A stretch of DNA of 64,000 nucleotides from Emiliania huxleyi CCMP1516 (lineage: Eukaryota). Made by a program: the position numbers and the translations under genes. The notes below the pieces were generated by a model, which saw nothing but the letters and a program-made list of their open reading frames with translations, had not been told where the DNA came from and searched no databases. This document shows positions 58,507-64,000 of the stretch, one piece after another; the first letter of the stretch is position 1, and the number at the start of each line of letters is the position of its first letter. The DNA lies in contig NW_005201102.1 in NCBI RefSeq assembly GCF_000372725.1, positions 248,001-312,000 on the forward strand, written 5' to 3'.

Positions 58507-60819
58507 ATGATTATGAGCCTCTCCCGACGCTTGGCTGCCTGGCTGCGGCCTTTGGCGAAGGAGTGCATCGCTGGCGCAGCGGTCGCTGGCGCAGCGGCGG
58601 GCGCGGTATGCGCGGTTGTCCTGCACCGCCGACTCACCGCCACGCGCGCTGCACTCGACGCCATCGAGGAGCGACTTGCGGCGCACAGCACCGGTCTCGA
58701 CTTTTTGGCGCAGGAGCTGGAGGCCCTGCGGCTCGCCCTGCGGCAGCCGCAGCTTGCGGGCTCCTCCAACTCCTCCGTCTCTGGCCGGCCGGTCCGCTCC
58801 GTCGGCGGCGGCTCGCGCACGGCGTCGATGGCGACCGCCGAGGACGAGGGTCTCTCCGAGGCGGGCTGGTCGGACGCGGGCTGGTCCGAGGCGGGCGGGT
58901 ACCGTACCGCCGACGAGGAGGATCTCGACGACCTGCTGCTGTCCGCGCCGGCGCCCTTCTCGCACAAGCCGCCTCCCCCGCTGCACGGCGCCGAGCGCGC
59001 GGCGGCGGACTCGGACGCGGACGCGGACGGCGCGTCCGCCNNNNNNNNNNNNNNNNNNNNNNNNNNNNNNNNNNNNNNNNNNNNNNNNNNNNNNNNNNNN
59101 NNNNNNNNNNNNNNNNNNNNNNNNNNNNNNNNNNNNNNNNNNNNNNNNNNNNNNNNNNNNNNNNNNNNNNNNNNNNNNNNNNNNNNNNNNNNNNNNNNNN
59201 NNNNNNNNNNNNNNNNNNNNNNNNNNNNNNNNNNNNNNNNNNNNNNNNNNNNNNNNNNNNNNNNNNNNNNNNNNNNNNNNNNNNNNNNNNNNNNNNNNNN
59301 NNNNNNNNNNNNNNNNNNNNNNNNNNNNNNNNNNNNNNNNNNNNNNNNNNNNNNNNNNNNNNNNNNNNNNNNNNNNNNNNNNNNNNNNNNNNNNNNNNNN
59401 NNNNNNNNNNNNNNNNNNNNNNNNNNNNNNNNNNNNNNNNNNNNNNNNNNNNNNNNNNNNNNNNNNNNNNNNNNNNNNNNNNNNNNNNNNNNNNNNNNNN
59501 NNNNNNNNNNNNNNNNNNNNNNNNNNNNNNNNNNNNNNNNNNNNNNNNNNNNNNNNNNNNNNNNNNNNNNNNNNNNNNNNNNNNNNNNNNNNNNNNNNNN
59601 NNNNNNNNNNNNNNNNNNNNNNNNNNNNNNNNNNNNNNNNNNNNAGTGGCTGCTGCTATGAGGACGGGGTCGTGTGTACAATAGGCGTGCGTGCAGCGAT
59701 CGAGCAGTCCTTCACGGCGCGAGATTGCGCGAGATTCTCACGAGAACGTCCCGAGATTACCCACCGAGCGTCCTTCGAGGGGAGGTCGAGGGGAGGTCGA
59801 GGGGAGGTCGAGGGGAGGTCGAGGGGAGGTCACGAGGGGAGGCCGAGGGGGAGCCGAGAGGGAGCCGAGGGGAGCTGAGCGTCTTTCGAGAGGAGCCGAG
59901 AGGAGCCGAGCGTAGGTGCGCGAGCACTTTGAGGCGGCGGTGCGGCTGGCGCCGGCAGACGCGACTTCGCGCCACCTGCTCGGCCTCTGGTTTTACGAGG
60001 CGGCGGGGCGTGTCGTGGGCGACGCCGTGTCATCAACGGAGAAGAACAGTACCAACAACCATGCGTAGGTCGCGGGCCACTGCCGGGGCGGGGGGCACGC
60101 TTTCATCTCACAAAGAATGCGATGAGAGCGCGTACATTGTAGGTGGCGGGCCTGGCGAGATAGGAGGGAGATAGGAGGGAGATATGATCTCGCGTACATT
60201 GTAGGTGGCGGGCCTGTCTTGGGCGACGCGCAAGGTGGCCGCCGCCCTCTTCGCCACGCCGCCAACGGCTAGCCGTTTGTGCCGAGGCCAGTCTTGTGCC
60301 TCGCCAGCAGTGGTTGGGGCACCGCCCTCGTCCTTGAGTGAGTAGGGGAGCCACGCTGAGGCGCTCGCGCATTTCGAGGCGGCGGAGGCGCTCTCTCCTT
60401 GCTTCTAACTCAAGACCCTAAGTGTACCAATCAAGACTGGTTCATATTAACTAACACTAAAGGCGCTCTCTCCCGGCTTCTACCTCAAGAACCAGGTCTG
60501 CCTCGCGAAGTGCAGTCTGGCGCTCAAGGTGACCTCCCCCCCCCCCCCCCACCCACCCACACACACACACACACACACCACCGCTCACCCACGCGCACCG
60601 GGCCTTGCCCTGAGACGCGGAGTCGCGAGGGGTAGCTTGGCACCTCGTGTGTGTGTGGAGAAGTTGACCTGACCTCACCTGACCTCACCTGACCTCACCT
60701 GACCTTAGGACAAGCCGGCCGCGCGCCGCTGGCTGGCCTCCGCCGCGGCGATGGCGCCAAAGAGCGCCGATGACGAGGCGTCGCTCGCAGAGGCGAAGAA
60801 GCTGCTGGCTTCGTTGTGA
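58507..60819 (+). CDS. RMDN/FAM82 (regulator of microtubule dynamics, PTPIP51-like) TPR-like protein, multi-exon, spans a gap
   Basis: Hydrophobic N-terminus, coiled coil, SEAGGYRTADEED. Exons: VREHFEAAVRLAPADATSRHLLGLWFYE / VAGLSWATRKVAAALFATPPT / ALAHFEAAE / ALSPGFYLKNQVCLAKC / DKPAARRWLASA...*. Confidence 0.8.
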
Positions 60820-61229
60820 AGTCGGGGAGGGCGGGGAAGGCGATACCAACTTTGTGCGACCTCGGGCGGGGGGCAGGAGGAACGTACCCTCTGCCCCGAT
60901 GCGCCGCGAGCGAGCCAGCGGCCATTCCCGCCTCCCAGCTCGGGGAACTTGCCTCCAGACCCGTCCCGTGCCCGCCGCGTTTCTCTACATGTTCTCTATT
61001 AATTTGCATACTAGCCCGGTCGAACACCCCGGGTCGCGATTTTGGCAAGTGAATATGGGGGCATTTTACGATGAAATAAGAATCTAATGCCCGAGAGAAA
61101 CACATAGACACCCACATGGTTGACCAACCCTTAATAGGTGAGGGTCAGTATGTTCACATTCACACCCAACAGACCGGCTCCAGCACACACGTACGAGCGT
61201 CTCAGCGCACACAGCGGCATCCTCCGCGC

Positions 61230-62220
61230 CTAGGCCTCCATAGCGTCCTCGCCCTCGCCCTCCTCGCCCTCCTCGTCATCGTCCTCCTCCTCCGCCTCGA
61301 GCGCCGCCTCGTAGTCAGCGACAAAGTCGACCTCCCCGCACGGCACCTGGTCCTCCTCCTCCCACGTCGCGATCTCCGGGGGCCAGCCCTCCCACAGTAC
61401 CTTGTAGAGCACCGTCCCCGCCGCGATCTCCTCCCCCTCCCGCCCCGGCACGTCCCCGCCGTCGGCACGACGGCGGCGGCGGGCGCCTCCCGCGCACCGC
61501 CGCGGCGATGAGCCCGAGCGCGTCCATGTCGAGGAGACGCACGGCGCTCGAGGCGCCGAGCCGCTCGTGCGTCCCCATCGCAAAGGCGAGGAGCTTGAGG
61601 TAGGCGGGGATCTCTGCTGCTGCGGCGGCGCCGCCGCCGCCGCCGCCGCCGCCCGCGTCGGCCGCGGTCGAGGTGATCTTGGGGAAGACGAAGCGCGTCG
61701 CCGACTCGATCTCGAGCGCGCGCATCGCCCGCTCGGCCTCGGCCTGGGTGTTGCCGCCGCGCTGGGACGCTGAGCGGAGGCGCGAGCACACCAACTCGCG
61801 GCGCTTGTTGTAGTCCTTGACGTGGCGCTCGCATGCCTGCCAGAGCGACCTCACCGCGGGGCTGGCGGACATGGGCAAGGACACCGGCCCGCTCGCGCTC
61901 GCCGCCGCGCAGGCAGCCACCCAGCGGGCAAAGATCAAGGCCTTGTTGTGATAGAGCCCGTCCGTCGCCTTCGCCATCTTAGTGGCCAAATTGAGGAGGT
62001 AGGCGACGTGCGAGAGGGTGAGGCCGCCCACGGGGCAAGCCACGGCCAGCGCCACGGCGCTCGGCTCCTCCTGGGTCGCCACTGAGGCCAAGGCAGCAGC
62101 CACAGCCTGGGAGGAAAAGTGCGCCGCCGACGCGCACTTCTCGTGCGGGTCATTCTCGGAGTTGTCGGGGGCGTGCGAAGCTACCGCCTGCGAACGGCCG
62201 GTTGGCAGACGTCATGGCCG
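61230..62220 (-). pseudogene. Deleted or frameshifted ORF ending in a chromodomain and acidic tail, possibly TE-derived
   Basis: LYKVLWEGWPPEIATWEEED..V..YE chromo motif, in a different frame from the upstream 61315..62103 ORF. Confidence 0.6.
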
Positions 62221-63424
62221 GCATGTGCGACCCTTAAGAACCCGCGTGCGACCAGAAGGTCGGCTGTGAGGCGAGGCTGAAGGCAGCCCAAAAACTGGTG
62301 GATTTGTGTTGCTGACAGTTGTGGGCGATCCAGCGCGAACTGACGGCAGGTAAGCCGGCAGGTGGGGGGCGGGGGTGTGCCGGGTGGATCCCCAAGCGGG
62401 CGAGCCGGGCCCGCGCATAGTTCGCGCTCGGGGGGCGCGCGAGCATGGAAAGACGCACCTCCATCGTCCTTGCTTACCGGCGCTTTTCGGCCGTTGGCAC
62501 CATCGTTGATTGCGCGGGACTGAAATCCCAAATCTCTCAGCTCGAAGGGGGAATTTATTTGTTTGGGGGGTGTTCGACCGGGCTATGCATACAGAGTCTG
62601 GCGTAATCGAGATCTCTGCGAGAGAGTAGTAGATCGCAGACAGTGTAGATCGCAGACCAGGAGAGAGGAGTGCAGGAGATCCTAGCCGATTCTACCACAC
62701 AGTCGGGCTTGGACCTTGGTTGAAGAGGCTAGTTCCATTTCAAAGTGGCACCGCCCGCGTTGTATCCTGTTCGTAGCCAGGTAGCTGTGAAGAGGATGCG
62801 AACCCATCGTCCGATATTGCTTCTTGCTTTTGGTATAGGGCTGAAATTCTTCGGCAAATGGCACACATGGAGTCGGGGGCGAGCGGCTGCCAAGAAGGCG
62901 CGCTGTACCCCCTTGCGAGCATGTACGAGGTTGCCCGAAATGCCGCCTGCCGTTTGGTAGATTGGAAGAAGACCCTTGGACCAAAGCAGCCCGGAGAATC
63001 GGCGCGCAGTCCCAGACTGACGGCCGGTGGCATGAAGCAAGATCGACTTCGGACCAAGTGTCACGTGACGCAAACGTGACGAAATTGCCAATTTGCGCCC
63101 TCGGCCCGACCTCTTGGCTAGAAATGACTCCCCCGATGCTCGGTTTGAACATCTCGCAAGCTGGCGTCGCTCGCATAACTGTGACAGGGCGATCCTCCCC
63201 TCGACGGAAGGGAGATCCAGAGCAGCTCCTGCTCTGCCCGCCGCCTGGCTGTTTGGCGACAGCAGAAGCCCGCGCAACTGCGTGGGTCCGCGCCACAGGT
63301 AGAGACGTTGAGCTTGGCAATGATTTGGTTGTCGTTCGGTCACGGGGCCTGGCGAGGTAGGAGCAGTGCCGATGCGGCGAATAGTCGTGCTTAGCTTCCT
63401 AGGCACCCGCAAATGTGCCCTCAA

Positions 63425-64000
63425 CGCGATGCGTCGGCCGGCGGCGCGAGAGGAGGGCCGTGCGGCCCCGTCGGTGCGCCGCGCTGTCGCTCCGCCGCTA
63501 GCCGAGCCAAGGCACGCCATCGCCATCGGGGTGGCGATGGATGCGTGCTGGCGAGGGTCGGGGCGGCGGTCCTGACGCGCCGCTGCGTGGCCGCAGTGGC
63601 GCGCTCGACGCCGTGCGTCGAGTAGAGGAGCCGCGACGAGGGCGAGGCCGCCCTGTCGCCGCGTGGCGAGCCAGGCCTGTCCGCCGAGCCGCTGCGAGCC
63701 GCTTGCCCGTAAGACGGCGTCGGCAGCGTGTGCAGCTGGCGAGGCGGTGGCCGCATTCGGCTCTCTCCTGGGCATCCGCCGCGTGAGTGCGGTGGTGCTG
63801 CCGACGCGATGCCTCGGTTGGCGGCGCGAGACGAGCGCCGTGCCGCTCCGTCGGTGCGCCGCGCTGTTGCTCCGCCGCTAGCCGAGCCAAGGCACGCCAT
63901 CGCCATCGGGGTGGCGATGGATGCGTGCTGGGGCGGGGCGGCGGTCCTGACGCGCCGCTGCGTGGCCGCAGTGGCGCGCTCGACGCCGTGCGTCGAGTAG
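63425..64000. repeat. ~380-bp tandem repeat
   Basis: GCCGAGCCAAGGCACGCCATCGCCATCGGGGTGGCGATGG occurs at 63501 and 63881. Confidence 0.85.

Noticed and set aside
62682..63360. Transposase ORF
   Set aside because: Short interrupted frames with no identifiable catalytic motif.

Overview
GC-rich, intron-rich eukaryotic DNA with six N-gaps. GC-AG introns filled with 10-12 nt tandem repeats and expanded ankyrin/RCC1/Pro-rich families resemble a haptophyte such as Emiliania/Gephyrocapsa huxleyi (inference). Recognisable genes: two ankyrin-repeat genes; a secreted His-brace LPMO (AA15-like) fused to two GH19 chitinase domains; a DUF2237-like protein; an F-box-like/RCC1 gene with decayed paralogues; a tyrosinase; a decayed class-3 lipase/P-loop GTPase gene interrupted by a MITE and by an ORF-only ankyrin insertion; an AlkB-like dioxygenase; a putative glycosyltransferase; FAD-dependent glycerol-3-phosphate dehydrogenase; a chalcone-isomerase-fold protein; an FkbM methyltransferase; duplicated Pro-rich proteins; an RMDN/PTPIP51-like protein; and a chromodomain remnant. 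Mobile DNA includes CRE-like RLE non-LTR 3' ends, a truncated Ngaro/DIRS-like retroelement, two MITEs and dispersed repeats that form whole introns in unrelated genes (introner-like). The most interesting signals are the LPMO-GH19-GH19 fusion, the introner-like families and the ankyrin ORF inserted inside the lipase catalytic triad. All calls are by-eye motif recognition, not database searches.
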